The notes beneath the pieces were generated by a model. It worked only from the letters and a program-made list of their open reading frames with translations. It did not search any database and was not told where the DNA came from. From an uncultured Pseudomonadota bacterium (GTDB taxonomy: Bacteria; Pseudomonadota; Alphaproteobacteria; Rs-D84): a stretch of DNA of 64,000 nucleotides. Of this stretch, positions 38,125 through 48,318 are shown piece by piece. Both the position numbers and the translations under genes were made by a program. Numbering within the stretch: position 1 is the first letter of the stretch; every line of letters begins with the position of its first letter. The stretch spans positions 18,746-82,745 of the forward strand of contig CASDTC010000007.1 in assembly GCA_949283535.1 (NCBI GenBank), given 5' to 3'.

Positions 38125-38682
38125 TTATTTTGAACTCTTTGTTATTTTTGCAATTTTTTTCAAATGCCTGTTCGCTTTTTTTGCTATATTTTTTATATCC
38201 ATTTCTAATTCACTGGGCTTATCTGGATCATCTTTTATTGGTTCAACATCTGAACAACAATTCGGACATTTTGACGCCTGGGCATTTATTGTTGATTTAC
38301 AATATGGACATGCGCGCGTATACGTTCTTGTTCGTACCTTGTTCATAATTTTCACCAACATAAATACTGCAAACATTGTGATTAAAAAACTGACCACTGA
38401 ATTCAGAAACACGCCAATGTTCATTGTTGTGGCACCTGCCGCTTGGGCTTCGGCAACAGTATTATAGTGCGCCCCAGGCGCCCCGCCCGATAAAACAACA
38501 AAAAATTGCGAAAAGTCAATATCACCCAACAGCATCCCTATTGGTGGCATAATAATATCTTTGACCAATGAATTTACCATACTAGTCATAACACTGCCGA
38601 CAATAATACCGACAGCCATATCAATTGCACTGCCCCGTTCTATAAAAGTACGAAATTCTGATAAAAATTTACTTTTAGCCAT
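38125..38682 (-). CDS. mscL: large-conductance mechanosensitive channel MscL with a C-terminal zinc-ribbon extension
   Basis: FRTFIERGSAIDMAVGIIVGSVMTSMVNSLVKDIIMPPIG is the MscL signature; two TM helices. After TM2 there is an extra CPYCKSTINAQASKCPNCC four-Cys motif and a basic tail (185 aa in total). Confidence 0.88.
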   Translation of the reverse strand: MAKSKFLSEFRTFIERGSAIDMAVGIIVGSVMTSMVNSLVKDIIMPPIGMLLGDIDFSQFFVVLSGGAPGAHYNTVAEAQAAGATTMNIGVFLNSVVSFLITMFAVFMLVKIMNKVRTRTYTRACPYCKSTINAQASKCPNCCSDVEPIKDDPDKPSELEMDIKNIAKKANRHLKKIAKITKSSK

Positions 38683-39232
38683 TTTTTATCCCTTTTTTTG
38701 AATATTCTGTAATCGCATTAATAACTTTATCCAATGTCTTACGCAAACTTTCGTCACGCGTTTGCACAGTTATATCAGCCATTGCGTATATGTCATATCG
38801 TTCTTTGATTAACTGTGCCAGAATTTTCCGACTGTCCGCATGCAACAATTGTGGACGCGTATTACGAAAATTAGTCCGTTTGACCAATAAATCCAAATCC
38901 GCACGCAGCCATACAGAAATCGCACGCGCCAGCACCATTTCGCGTACCGCCGGGGTTATAAAAGCCCCCTCGCCCGTGGAAATAACTTTTAACATTGGCG
39001 GGGTATCCAGCAAACGCGCAATAATACGTTGTTCTGCGCGTCTGAATTCGGCCTCGCCATACATGGAAAAAATATCCACAACACTGCAACCTGCGGCGGC
39101 TTCTATCTCTTTATCAGAATCAACAAACGGTATCCCCAGCCGACGCGCCAATGCGCGCCCGACACTGGTTTTACCCGCCCCCATTAATCCGACCATAACA
39201 ATCGGCTTATCCAATACTATATTTTCTATCAT
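38675..39232 (-). CDS. aroK: shikimate kinase
   Basis: From the ATG at 39232: MIENIVLDKPIVMVGLMGAGKTSVGRALARRLGIPFVDSD (P-loop plus shikimate-binding DSD). The upstream 50 codons of the tracked ORF are low-complexity. Confidence 0.88.
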   Translation of the reverse strand: MIENIVLDKPIVMVGLMGAGKTSVGRALARRLGIPFVDSDKEIEAAAGCSVVDIFSMYGEAEFRRAEQRIIARLLDTPPMLKVISTGEGAFITPAVREMVLARAISVWLRADLDLLVKRTNFRNTRPQLLHADSRKILAQLIKERYDIYAMADITVQTRDESLRKTLDKVINAITEYSKKGIKNG

Positions 39233-39344
39233 AAGCAAAATTTTAATAAAAAACACATCAATTCTCAATAAATAAAAATCGCTTTTTAATAATAAGAAAA
39301 ATATGCTATAATATATATTAATAAGAACAAGGGGACGAGAGGAT

Positions 39345-40460
39345 ATGAAATTATTACCATTTTTATCACTATCTGTATTCATATTATCAACGAACGGTGC
39401 ATTTGCATACGGATCGCACGTTTATGCAAATACATTTACTGCAAATAACATAACTGCATTCCAGCATTCAATCATGACATCTGCAATGCAAACATTCGAA
39501 GGAACTGCATCTGCGGCACTGGCGGGACGTCGTATATTATCCCCCGCCCCAAAATCTGATACAGTAGAAAATTCCGCCGATTTATATGGTCGAATGCCAA
39601 TGTATGGTCGTCCGCACCTGTACGGTGAATATGGTGATGATGGCACCGTATTACAAACCGGGCGTAATGGTGGCGATATTGACACAGACCCCCGCCCTGT
39701 TATAAACAGCATGTGGTTAAACTGGCAACATTTTAATGATGATGTAAAATTCAAGGGATATGATGAACTGGATTCTGATTATGACCTGATAATGTTCGGA
39801 CTGGCGGGCGGTGAAGCGCAATGGGGCATCGGTATATCAGAGTGGGGAATATTTGGCGGATATGTTGGTGGAACCCAGGATAATGAATTTATAAACATTG
39901 ATGAAAACGGCGGATATGTTGGTCTGTACAGCGGATATAATATCCAAAATTTCAATCTGTCATTGGCGGCAAATGCGGGCGCATTATACAACAATGCCGA
40001 AAATGTGTATGGCACCGATGAATTTGCTAATTTATGGGCAGGCGCGGCGTTAAATGCGACATATAATATTGCACTGGACGACACATTTACCCTGCAACCG
40101 GGTGTATATGCTGGATACACATGGATTGGTTCTGCAAATTATATGTCAATGTCTGGGGATTCTGTGGCAAATCAAAACTTTAACACATTTGAAATCGCAC
40201 CATCTTTGCGCGCGATCAAACATATTGGACGCGGGTGGTTTGGATATATTGGCGTGAAATATGCATTTATGTCGGGTCATGGTGGCGAAGTGGTTATAAA
40301 CGGCACAAAACTGGACGAACTGGATACACGCGATTATGCCGAATACGGAATTGGCATCGAAAAATCAATCGACAGATTTAATATCGCATTAAACTTAAAT
40401 CGCCGCGATGGCGGACGCAGTGGTTGGAATGGTTCTGTAAATTTAAAATATATATTCTAA
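39345..40460 (+). CDS. outer-membrane beta-barrel protein (autotransporter beta-domain-like)
   Basis: Signal MKLLPFLSLSVFILSTNGAFA. Alternating beta-strand pattern rich in G/Y/N. The C-terminal ...WNGSVNLKYIF has a terminal Phe typical of OMPs. Confidence 0.7.
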   Translation: MKLLPFLSLSVFILSTNGAFAYGSHVYANTFTANNITAFQHSIMTSAMQTFEGTASAALAGRRILSPAPKSDTVENSADLYGRMPMYGRPHLYGEYGDDGTVLQTGRNGGDIDTDPRPVINSMWLNWQHFNDDVKFKGYDELDSDYDLIMFGLAGGEAQWGIGISEWGIFGGYVGGTQDNEFINIDENGGYVGLYSGYNIQNFNLSLAANAGALYNNAENVYGTDEFANLWAGAALNATYNIALDDTFTLQPGVYAGYTWIGSANYMSMSGDSVANQNFNTFEIAPSLRAIKHIGRGWFGYIGVKYAFMSGHGGEVVINGTKLDELDTRDYAEYGIGIEKSIDRFNIALNLNRRDGGRSGWNGSVNLKYIF

Positions 40461-40463
40461 AAT

Positions 40464-40487
40464 AAATCCGCCAAATGGCGGATTTTT
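40464..40487 (+). terminator. Rho-independent terminator (24-nt sequence identical to the one at 8349-8372)
   Basis: AAATCCGCC-AAAT-GGCGGATTTTT. Confidence 0.85.
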
Positions 40488-40509
40488 ATTCTGGTATTTA
40501 CAATAAAAA

Positions 40510-41574
40510 TTATTCCATATTTGCCAATCGTTCTAATTGATCGGCGGCAATTAATGCATCAATCATTTCATCCAGTGCCACACCACCCGCCAAGATATCA
40601 TCCAACTTATACAATGTTAATTTTATACGATGATCTGTCACGCGTTGTTCTGGGAAATTATAAGTTCTGATTTTTTCACTGCGATCGCCCGACCCAACCA
40701 TAGATTTGCGCGATGCATTGCTGGCATTTTCTTGTGCGATGCGTTGCTGTTCATATAATTTTGAACGCAATATATCCATTGCCAACGCTTTGTTTTGAAT
40801 TTGGCTGCGTTCGTTTTGACATGTAACAACGATTCCGGTTGGAAAGTGCGTTATACGAACAGCGCTGTCTGTTTTATTAACATGTTGCCCGCCGGCACCA
40901 GATGCGCGAAACACATCGATTCGGATATCTTTATCATCAATTACGACATCGATATCTTTTGCCTCTGGCATAACCGCAACAGATGCCGCACTGGTATGGA
41001 TTCGCCCACCTGCCTCGGTTTCTGGCACGCGTTGAACCCGATGAATTCCCGATTCGAATTTCAATCGTGCATACGCACCAACGCCATCAATCTTGAATAT
41101 AATTTCTTTATATCCATGTAATGATGTTGCGTTTTCTTCAATAACTTCTACTTTCCAACCGTGTCGCAATGCATATGATTTATATTGATTGTATAAATCA
41201 CCCGCAAACAGTGCCGATTCTTCGCCCCCAACACCTGCGCGAATTTCCATAATAACACTGTTATCATCTGCTTCATCCCGCGGCAATAACGCGATTTGCA
41301 ATTTCTTTTCAATTTCTGGCAACGCATGATTTAAATCATTTAATTGTTGCGCCGCAATCGATTTTAATTCCGCATCATGCAGCATTTCATTTGCATCATC
41401 AATCCCACGCTTTATCTGGAAATATTCATCAATCAACGGTAAAATTTCCGCCAATTGCGAATATTCTTTGGATAATTTTGTTAATTCTGCACCAGAAACC
41501 GCCCCAGAATTCATCTGGTCGGCAATTTCTGATGCATGTAATTGAATATCTTTCAGCTTGCCATCAATTATCAT
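40510..41574 (-). CDS. prfA: peptide chain release factor 1
   Basis: GGQ motif ([19 protein letters not shown]) and RF1-type tripeptide region [17 protein letters not shown] (P-x-T); 354 aa. Confidence 0.93.
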   Translation of the reverse strand: MIIDGKLKDIQLHASEIADQMNSGAVSGAELTKLSKEYSQLAEILPLIDEYFQIKRGIDDANEMLHDAELKSIAAQQLNDLNHALPEIEKKLQIALLPRDEADDNSVIMEIRAGVGGEESALFAGDLYNQYKSYALRHGWKVEVIEENATSLHGYKEIIFKIDGVGAYARLKFESGIHRVQRVPETEAGGRIHTSAASVAVMPEAKDIDVVIDDKDIRIDVFRASGAGGQHVNKTDSAVRITHFPTGIVVTCQNERSQIQNKALAMDILRSKLYEQQRIAQENASNASRKSMVGSGDRSEKIRTYNFPEQRVTDHRIKLTLYKLDDILAGGVALDEMIDALIAADQLERLANME

Positions 41575-41575
41575 T

Positions 41576-42868
41576 TTACGCCGTCTTTAATAAATTAATT
41601 GTCTGTTCCAGATTTAAGTTTTGCTGGGTCCCGGCGGTCATATCTTTTACCGCCAAGATTTCGGATATGCGTTCGTTTTCACCGATAATAATACTGTAAT
41701 CCGCATTAATTTTATCGGCAAATTCAATTTGATTCTTGAATTTTTTATTGGCATCCAGATATGGAACCACGGTTATACCATTTGCACGCAACGCCGCAAC
41801 AACACGCATTGCGTATGGAACCTGCCCCGCCCCCATTGCCAAGACTGCCGCGCGTACTGGTCGCATAAATGGTGTTAAATCAATCTTATTTTCATCCATT
41901 AACGCAACCATTAACCGCGAAAATCCAACCGCGGCGCCAACGCCAATAATTTTTGTCTTGGAAAATTTAGACGCCAAATCTTCATATCGACCACCACCAC
42001 CAATCGCACCTAACTCAGGAAAGTTATCCAAGAAAAATTCGAACACAATCCCCGTATAATATGCATGCCCACGCATAATACCCAAATCTATTTGCGCATT
42101 TTTTATTCCCATCGAATCCAGCAAAACCATAAATTCATCCATTTCACGAATTGCCGAATCCAGTGCATCAGACACACCAACAAACGAACGATATCCGCTT
42201 GAAAATACTTTATTTATTTCAACCGCGGCATTTTCACCAACTGTTTCCACCAATCCATCATAAAAATCATCCATCTTGTCTTTTTTATCGATCAAGACAA
42301 ATGCACTGCGACATTGCTCGGATGTTAAATTTAAATATTCAAACATTGCGTTCCAGAATCTGCGATTTCCAATCCGAACATTCACTGGTCCGATAAATTC
42401 GGCAACAGAATCATATGCTGCCGCCAATGTTGCAACAATTTCGGCATCATAATTTTCAGACAGACTGTCAATTCCCATAATATCTAAATCCATCTGATAA
42501 AATTCACGATATCGACCGCGCTGTGGACGTTCACCACGATAATTGCGTGCAAATTGATACGCGCGAAATGGGAATACTAAATCATTCATATGCCCTGCGA
42601 CATATCGTGACAATCCAACAGTTCCATCATAACGCAGCCCCATTTTCGTATCGCCCTTTTGGAACAAGAACATTTGCGTTTCAATTTCATCCCAATTGTC
42701 TTTATCGGTTAAAACCTCTGCCCGTTCAATTGCCGGTAAATCCAGGTGTGAAAACCCGGCTGTTTTCAAAACGCGCTGCATACGGGCGGCGCATTCATCA
42801 AAGCACCGTTGCTGCAATGGCAATAATTCTATAAATCCCGATAAAGTTTTTGTTGGTTTCAGTTCCAT
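41576..42868 (-). CDS. hisS: histidine--tRNA ligase
   Basis: Class II motifs including GGGGRYEDL (motif 3) and a C-terminal anticodon-binding domain; 430 aa. Confidence 0.85.
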   Translation of the reverse strand: MELKPTKTLSGFIELLPLQQRCFDECAARMQRVLKTAGFSHLDLPAIERAEVLTDKDNWDEIETQMFLFQKGDTKMGLRYDGTVGLSRYVAGHMNDLVFPFRAYQFARNYRGERPQRGRYREFYQMDLDIMGIDSLSENYDAEIVATLAAAYDSVAEFIGPVNVRIGNRRFWNAMFEYLNLTSEQCRSAFVLIDKKDKMDDFYDGLVETVGENAAVEINKVFSSGYRSFVGVSDALDSAIREMDEFMVLLDSMGIKNAQIDLGIMRGHAYYTGIVFEFFLDNFPELGAIGGGGRYEDLASKFSKTKIIGVGAAVGFSRLMVALMDENKIDLTPFMRPVRAAVLAMGAGQVPYAMRVVAALRANGITVVPYLDANKKFKNQIEFADKINADYSIIIGENERISEILAVKDMTAGTQQNLNLEQTINLLKTA

Positions 42869-43050
42869 TTTTTTATTTCCTATGGTTTACCGTAAAAATT
42901 CGGCATTTTTTTAATGTCTGTATTAATATCACAAAATATAAAAATGCTATAAGCAGTCGCCCCATGGGGCGTGATGAAACACGGCAAAGATATTTTTTTG
43001 AATATTCACGCTGTTAATTCTACCTGAAATTCAGCATTTTTCAAGTTTTA

Positions 43051-43758
43051 TTAAAAATATTTATGTAATTCCCCACCGTGTACATTCAGCCATCGCCGCG
43101 CGCGTTCTACGCCGAATCCATATAATTGCGATACCGTTTGCCAAAATGCCGGCGAATGATCCATATGCACACGATGTGCCAATTCGTGCATAACGACATA
43201 TCGCATAACATCAACGGGCGCAAATGCCAATCGCCATGAAAAAGACATTGTTCCACTGGTTGAACAGCTGCCCCAGCGACTGGTCGTATCACGAATTGCA
43301 ATTCGGCGTGGCCATAATTCCCGCGGCGCCGTATGCACCATTTGCTTTACCGCAATCAGAAAACGCGCACGAATAAAATCACGAACCCGGCGATCAAACA
43401 TATCCGCACCACCACCAATAATCAGTTTCGCACTGCCATCTTCGTTTTCAATAAAATCATTTGAACGCCGCGCACCATCATGCACAATTAACACCCGGCG
43501 CCCTAAAAATTCAATTTCATCGCCCGGACGCAAATGTTCCTTTGCCGGCGCATTTGCAAATACCCGTTCACACCAACGGCGTTTTTGTTCCAGAAAATGC
43601 AATGCCGCAGATGTTGGTGTCATCCATGGCTTTGATATATGAATTTCACGCAATGGACGCGTTTTGGGGCGCAATGTAATATTACGCAACCCGCGCCGCG
43701 TATTAATAACAATCGGGATTTTTTCACCCGATGACAAAACAAATTCGTATTCAGACAT
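43051..43758 (-). CDS. YgjP-like M48/DUF45 metal-dependent hydrolase
   Basis: HELAHRVHMDHSPAFW (HExxH...H) near the C-terminus, with the length and layout of the DUF45 family. Confidence 0.75.
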   Translation of the reverse strand: MSEYEFVLSSGEKIPIVINTRRGLRNITLRPKTRPLREIHISKPWMTPTSAALHFLEQKRRWCERVFANAPAKEHLRPGDEIEFLGRRVLIVHDGARRSNDFIENEDGSAKLIIGGGADMFDRRVRDFIRARFLIAVKQMVHTAPRELWPRRIAIRDTTSRWGSCSTSGTMSFSWRLAFAPVDVMRYVVMHELAHRVHMDHSPAFWQTVSQLYGFGVERARRWLNVHGGELHKYF

Positions 43759-43772
43759 TTCTTGATATATGC

Positions 43773-45557
43773 TTATTTTAACTTCTTTAAAATATCGCGC
43801 GCAATTGCGTCTATGTCAAATCCAAAATGCGAATATACCGCATCACCGTCACCCGATGCGCCAAAAGAATCAATTCCAACGACCGCATCCGCAAATTCAA
43901 ACCAGGGTGCAGTTGCCGCCGCCTCTATAACAACGACATATCCCACTAAAATTTTATTCTTGTATTCTGCATCTTGGGCGCGAAAATCAGAAACAGACGG
44001 CATACTAACCACCTGAACCGCATCGCCCAGTTTTTCAGCAACCCGTACCGCCAATGGTACTTCGGACCCAGTTGCAATTATTGTTACCCGCACGCGGCGC
44101 GCCAGTGCCGGCAATATTATATACGCACCACGCGATATGTCCGCACCAACCGGCGTTGGTACCCGCACCATTTTTTGACGCGATAATATTATTGCGGTTG
44201 GATTTGATTTATCTGTTATTGCGCGTTGCCATGCATATGCTACTTCTGCCCCATTACACGGACGAATAACATTCAAATTTGGGATTAATCGCAATGATGG
44301 CAATTGTTCAATTGGTTGATGTGTTGGACCATCTGCGCCAACAGCAATACTGTCATGTGTAAAAACATATATAACCGGCAAATGCGACAATGCCGCCAAC
44401 CTGATACTGGGGCGCAAATAATCGCTGAACACCAAAAAAGTCGAACCATATGGTCGCAATCCGACATATGCCATGCCGTTCATAATTGCCCCCATTGCAT
44501 GTTCCCGCACGCCATAATTTATATAATTACCATTAAATTTAGGTGGCATAATATCAACACTGGCATCTGTTTTAACATTTGTGCTGGCACCTAAATCCGC
44601 ACTGCCCCCGATTAAATCGGCACCCGCATTGATAAGTAATTTTAAATAAATCCCCGACAATTCACGCGTAGATATATTCGAATCGAATTCTGGCATTACA
44701 ACAGAATCCAGACTAACGACATCCGTTTCAAACAAATTTTCCACCGGCGCATTATTTGCAACAATTTCCCACAAATCATCACCAGACGGCGATATATATC
44801 TTTCCATCAATCGCATTAATTCCGCATCAGATAATGCCAAACCGTGCGCCGCCGGCGTCCCCGCCAGACTGGAATCCCGCCCAATAATCGTTTTACATTG
44901 AATAAATGTCGGCACATTGCATTTATGCGCATCACTTAACACGCGCCCCAGTTTTTTAAAATCATCACCCGGCACACTGATAACATTCCACCCTGCCGCA
45001 CGCATTCGCATTGGCATATCAACATCAGTTATCGCATTACCATCGATACTGACACCATTATCATCCCACAGCAATATCAAATTATTCAATTGATATCGTC
45101 CGGCAAAAGAAATCGATTCGGACGCAACACCTTCCATTAAATCGCCATCGCTGCACAAACAATAAACAAATTCATCTGTTTTGCGTATTTTTGCCGCCAA
45201 TGCCATACCAACCGCATTTCCAATTCCCTGCCCCAGCGGTCCTGTGGTTGCGTCAACCCCATCAAATCCAAATTCTGGATGACCGGGCAATCCGCCCAAT
45301 CTTCTAAAACTTTCTAAATCACCAATATTATATCCCGCCAGTTTTAATACCGCATATAACAATGCACTGCCATGCCCTGCGGATAAAACAAATTTATCCC
45401 GACCACGCCGCAAGAAATTTGCGTAAATAATTGTTATTATATCTGCGGCATCCAAAACAATTCCAACATGCCCAGCCCCCGCACAACGCACAGCATGCAG
45501 TGCATGCGCACGCACGGATTTGGACATTTCTGCTAATTGTTTGGCATCAAATCTCAT
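43773..45557 (-). CDS. tkt: transketolase
   Basis: N-terminal ThDP-binding region (GAGHVGIVLDAADI..., SAGHGSALLYAVL, GPLGQGIGNAVGMA, DGDLMEG), pyrimidine-binding and C-terminal domains. It is 594 aa, somewhat shorter than the usual ~660. Confidence 0.9.
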   Translation of the reverse strand: MRFDAKQLAEMSKSVRAHALHAVRCAGAGHVGIVLDAADIITIIYANFLRRGRDKFVLSAGHGSALLYAVLKLAGYNIGDLESFRRLGGLPGHPEFGFDGVDATTGPLGQGIGNAVGMALAAKIRKTDEFVYCLCSDGDLMEGVASESISFAGRYQLNNLILLWDDNGVSIDGNAITDVDMPMRMRAAGWNVISVPGDDFKKLGRVLSDAHKCNVPTFIQCKTIIGRDSSLAGTPAAHGLALSDAELMRLMERYISPSGDDLWEIVANNAPVENLFETDVVSLDSVVMPEFDSNISTRELSGIYLKLLINAGADLIGGSADLGASTNVKTDASVDIMPPKFNGNYINYGVREHAMGAIMNGMAYVGLRPYGSTFLVFSDYLRPSIRLAALSHLPVIYVFTHDSIAVGADGPTHQPIEQLPSLRLIPNLNVIRPCNGAEVAYAWQRAITDKSNPTAIILSRQKMVRVPTPVGADISRGAYIILPALARRVRVTIIATGSEVPLAVRVAEKLGDAVQVVSMPSVSDFRAQDAEYKNKILVGYVVVIEAAATAPWFEFADAVVGIDSFGASGDGDAVYSHFGFDIDAIARDILKKLK

Positions 45558-45593
45558 TTTATGATATTATATCACAAAACAAGGTTATAAAAA

Positions 45594-46028
45594 ATGCTAA
45601 AAATTTGGACAGATGGCAGTTGTTTGGGAAACCCCGGGCCCGGCGGGTGGGCATTCATTGCAACAAACGGCACACAAACCGCCGAACGCAGCGGATACGA
45701 ATCAAACACAACAAACAACAGAATGGAATTAACCGCTGTAATACGGGCATTGGCGGCATCGCGTCATCATGATGAAATTGAATTGCACACCGACAGTCAA
45801 TATGTAAAAAATGGTATGCAATTATGGGTTCCACAATGGAAAAATAACAACTGGAAAACCGCCGCAAAGAAACCTGTAAAGAACAAAGAATTATGGCAAC
45901 AACTGGATGAATTGGCACACAGCAAGAAAATTCATTGGGTTTGGGTTCGTGGTCATGTCGGCAATCCATTTAATGAACGCTGTGATGAATTGGCGCGTAC
46001 CGCCGCAGAATCAATAAAAAATAAATAA
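45594..46028 (+). CDS. rnhA: ribonuclease HI
   Basis: IWTDGSCLGNPGPGGWA ... TNNRMEL ... HTDSQYV ... NERCDELA (DEDD catalytic residues). Confidence 0.92.
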   Translation: MLKIWTDGSCLGNPGPGGWAFIATNGTQTAERSGYESNTTNNRMELTAVIRALAASRHHDEIELHTDSQYVKNGMQLWVPQWKNNNWKTAAKKPVKNKELWQQLDELAHSKKIHWVWVRGHVGNPFNERCDELARTAAESIKNK

Positions 46029-46041
46029 ATATCGTACAAAA

Positions 46042-46770
46042 ATGGCACTACAAGATACATTCTTTAATGGAATTGCTAATATATTGCGTAAATCGCGCCC
46101 TGCATTATGGCGTGAACTGTATCATACAATGCATACAATTGATACAGACAAAAAATTGCCGCTATATTATGCCATATGGCTAAATATGAAACTTGGTTTT
46201 CTGGCCAGTCAGCGCGGACGCAGAACAAAAAACTTGGTCAAAGAAATACGCAGAAATTTATTTTCAGCACTGGTTAATCATTCTGACCAAACCACAATTG
46301 AAAATTATCATATTGCAACACTAGAAGAAAAACAAAAGTTAGCATTTTATATAACATGGCGTCTGCATTCATCTATGACATATAGCCATCCCAACATATA
46401 CGACAATCTGCAAGAAGTGTTTTTTCACGATTCCCAAGAATATGAAAGAACACACAAAGACCCCACCCCACACGGAGAATATAATACAAAAAAAGGCACG
46501 GTCCATTATTATTCAAAAACCTTTGAAATGGATTTAAACGAATTGCTAAATACAATCGTCCATGAATATATTCACGCAATGCAACAAAATTCTGAATCAA
46601 TATTACCCAAAAAAATAATAAATTTTCAAAAAAAACATTCCAAGGCATATTGGAAAACACCGTATATTTTTCGTCCCGATGAAATAGAAGCAGACAGGCT
46701 GGCTGGGTTAGTATTAAAAAACTTTGATAAAAATTTTAAACGATATAAACAAACTAATAATGAATTATAA
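46042..46770 (+). CDS. hypothetical protein with an HExxH zinc-metallopeptidase-like motif
   Basis: 242 aa with TIVHEYIHAMQQ in the C-terminal half. No signal peptide and no family recognised. Confidence 0.5.
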   Translation: MALQDTFFNGIANILRKSRPALWRELYHTMHTIDTDKKLPLYYAIWLNMKLGFLASQRGRRTKNLVKEIRRNLFSALVNHSDQTTIENYHIATLEEKQKLAFYITWRLHSSMTYSHPNIYDNLQEVFFHDSQEYERTHKDPTPHGEYNTKKGTVHYYSKTFEMDLNELLNTIVHEYIHAMQQNSESILPKKIINFQKKHSKAYWKTPYIFRPDEIEADRLAGLVLKNFDKNFKRYKQTNNEL

Positions 46771-46788
46771 CGCAACCAGCATTAAGGA

Positions 46789-47448
46789 TTATCCACGAAA
46801 CCCCATTGCAACAATGAACATTTCAACACTGTCTTTGCGTGATGCCGGCGGTTTTATATGATGTACAGATTCGAATTTTTCTTTGATTTGCTTTAACAAA
46901 TCACCTGTTGTGCCACCTGTAAAAGATTTTGCAACAAATGTTCCACCCTGCTTTAACGCACGACACGCAAAATCAAATGCGTATTCCAATAAAACCATTT
47001 GCCTTAAATGATCTGTTTTTTTATGTCCAACTGTATTTGGCGCCATATCGGATAAAACAACATCAACAGTTCCGCGTTCCCCGGAATCCGTCGGTAAGTT
47101 TAATTTTTTTTCCAACCATTCCAGCGCATCATCTGTTGTAAAATCGCCACGATAAAATTCCACCCCTGGTATCGGCACAATTTCCAATAAATCCATTGCA
47201 AAAACTTTTGATTTTGGAAACGCGCGCATAACATACTGCGACCACGACCCCGGCGCCGCGCCTAAATCAACAACGACCTGACCATTTTTCAGAAATTTAT
47301 ATCGGTCATTCATTTCAATTAATTTATATGCTGCACGCGCACGATATCCATCGCGGTGCGCGCGTGCAACATATGGATCTGCCGCCTGGCGCTGGATCCA
47401 TGCCGCAGAAGATTTTTTTGATGCAATTTTTTTATTTAATATTTTCAT
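46789..47448 (-). CDS. rlmE: 23S rRNA (uridine2552-2'-O)-methyltransferase RlmE/FtsJ
   Basis: WIQRQAADPYVARAHRDGYRARAAYKLIE...VVDLGAAPGSWSQ...VLSDMAPN is the classic FtsJ motif set. Confidence 0.92.
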   Translation of the reverse strand: MKILNKKIASKKSSAAWIQRQAADPYVARAHRDGYRARAAYKLIEMNDRYKFLKNGQVVVDLGAAPGSWSQYVMRAFPKSKVFAMDLLEIVPIPGVEFYRGDFTTDDALEWLEKKLNLPTDSGERGTVDVVLSDMAPNTVGHKKTDHLRQMVLLEYAFDFACRALKQGGTFVAKSFTGGTTGDLLKQIKEKFESVHHIKPPASRKDSVEMFIVAMGFRG

Positions 47449-47746
47449 TTCTGCTGTTTATTGTCGCGCGAATATTATTACGCGTACTTTTATAAAACTT
47501 TATTGCACGATACAGCGCGCGCCGCCGCCCAACTTCGCCTAAATTATCCGTTGTTGGAAATAACAAAGTATAAACACCATGATGCCGATATGTTATTTGA
47601 ACTTCATATCCCAATAACACACGCCCCGCATCTTTATATACTTCATATCGCGGCTGTGGCACTTGAACATCTGTTGGCGTCCAATCAAACCAGTGTCTTA
47701 ACACATGCCAATTAATTAAATTTTTCCACTTCATTTTATTATTCAT
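47432..47746 (-). CDS. hypothetical protein (104 aa)
   Basis: ORF tightly packed between the SRP54-M-like gene (1-nt gap) and rlmE (17-nt overlap). Trp/Tyr-rich; no family recognised. Confidence 0.45.
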   Translation of the reverse strand: MNNKMKWKNLINWHVLRHWFDWTPTDVQVPQPRYEVYKDAGRVLLGYEVQITYRHHGVYTLLFPTTDNLGEVGRRRALYRAIKFYKSTRNNIRATINSRNENIK

Positions 47747-47747
47747 C

Positions 47748-48275
47748 TTATTTATTCACTGGTCCTGGTTGTTGCTTTTGCAATTTTTCCATAACCGCTT
47801 CCATTCCCCCCATACGCTGAACCATTGCCATTTGTTGACGCATTTTTGTATACTGCTTTATAATATGTTCAACATCACGCACAGTGCAACCTGCGGTTTC
47901 CGCGATACGCGCCTTGGCATTTGCAAAGATTTTTTCTGGTTCTGCGCGTTCTGCTGGGGTCATTGCTTCTAATATCTTGATTTGCGCATCAACACTGCCG
48001 TCTTTAATTTTTTCTTTCATTGCGGCAACTGCGCCCGACATTCCCGGCACCATTTTCAACAGCCCACTGAAACTGCTCATCTTTTTAATTTGCTTTAATT
48101 GAGCCAACATATCATTCATATCAAATTGACCCGACATCATGCGCTGGGCAGTTTCTTTCATGCCGCTGGGCATTTTTGCTTCCATTTTCTGTAATTCTTT
48201 TTCATCAATTTGAATATTTTCATTTTTATTTTCTGTATCAGCAGTTGATACTTTCTTTTTCCCGAAACCAAACAT
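47748..48275 (-). CDS. stand-alone SRP54 (Ffh) M-domain-like protein, no NG domain
   Basis: GQFDMNDMLAQLKQIKKMSSFSGLLKMVPGMSG ... ILEAMTPAERAEPEKIFANAKARIAETAGCTVRDVEHIIKQYTKMRQQM aligns by eye with E. coli Ffh GFDLNDFLEQLRQMKNMGGMASLMGKLPGMG ... [48 protein letters not shown]. The ORF starts in the G-M linker. Confidence 0.7.
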   Translation of the reverse strand: MFGFGKKKVSTADTENKNENIQIDEKELQKMEAKMPSGMKETAQRMMSGQFDMNDMLAQLKQIKKMSSFSGLLKMVPGMSGAVAAMKEKIKDGSVDAQIKILEAMTPAERAEPEKIFANAKARIAETAGCTVRDVEHIIKQYTKMRQQMAMVQRMGGMEAVMEKLQKQQPGPVNK

Positions 48276-48318
48276 ATTTTTTCTCCTTCTTGATATTTAT
48301 ATTTACTATATATTTAAT

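Noticed and set aside
40510-41574. RF1 carries P-E-T instead of the textbook P-A-T stop-codon recognition tripeptide, which could hint at altered decoding.
   Set aside because: The middle residue of the PxT motif is variable among bacterial RF1s, and all three stop codons are seen terminating the confident genes in this window. Nothing supports reassignment.
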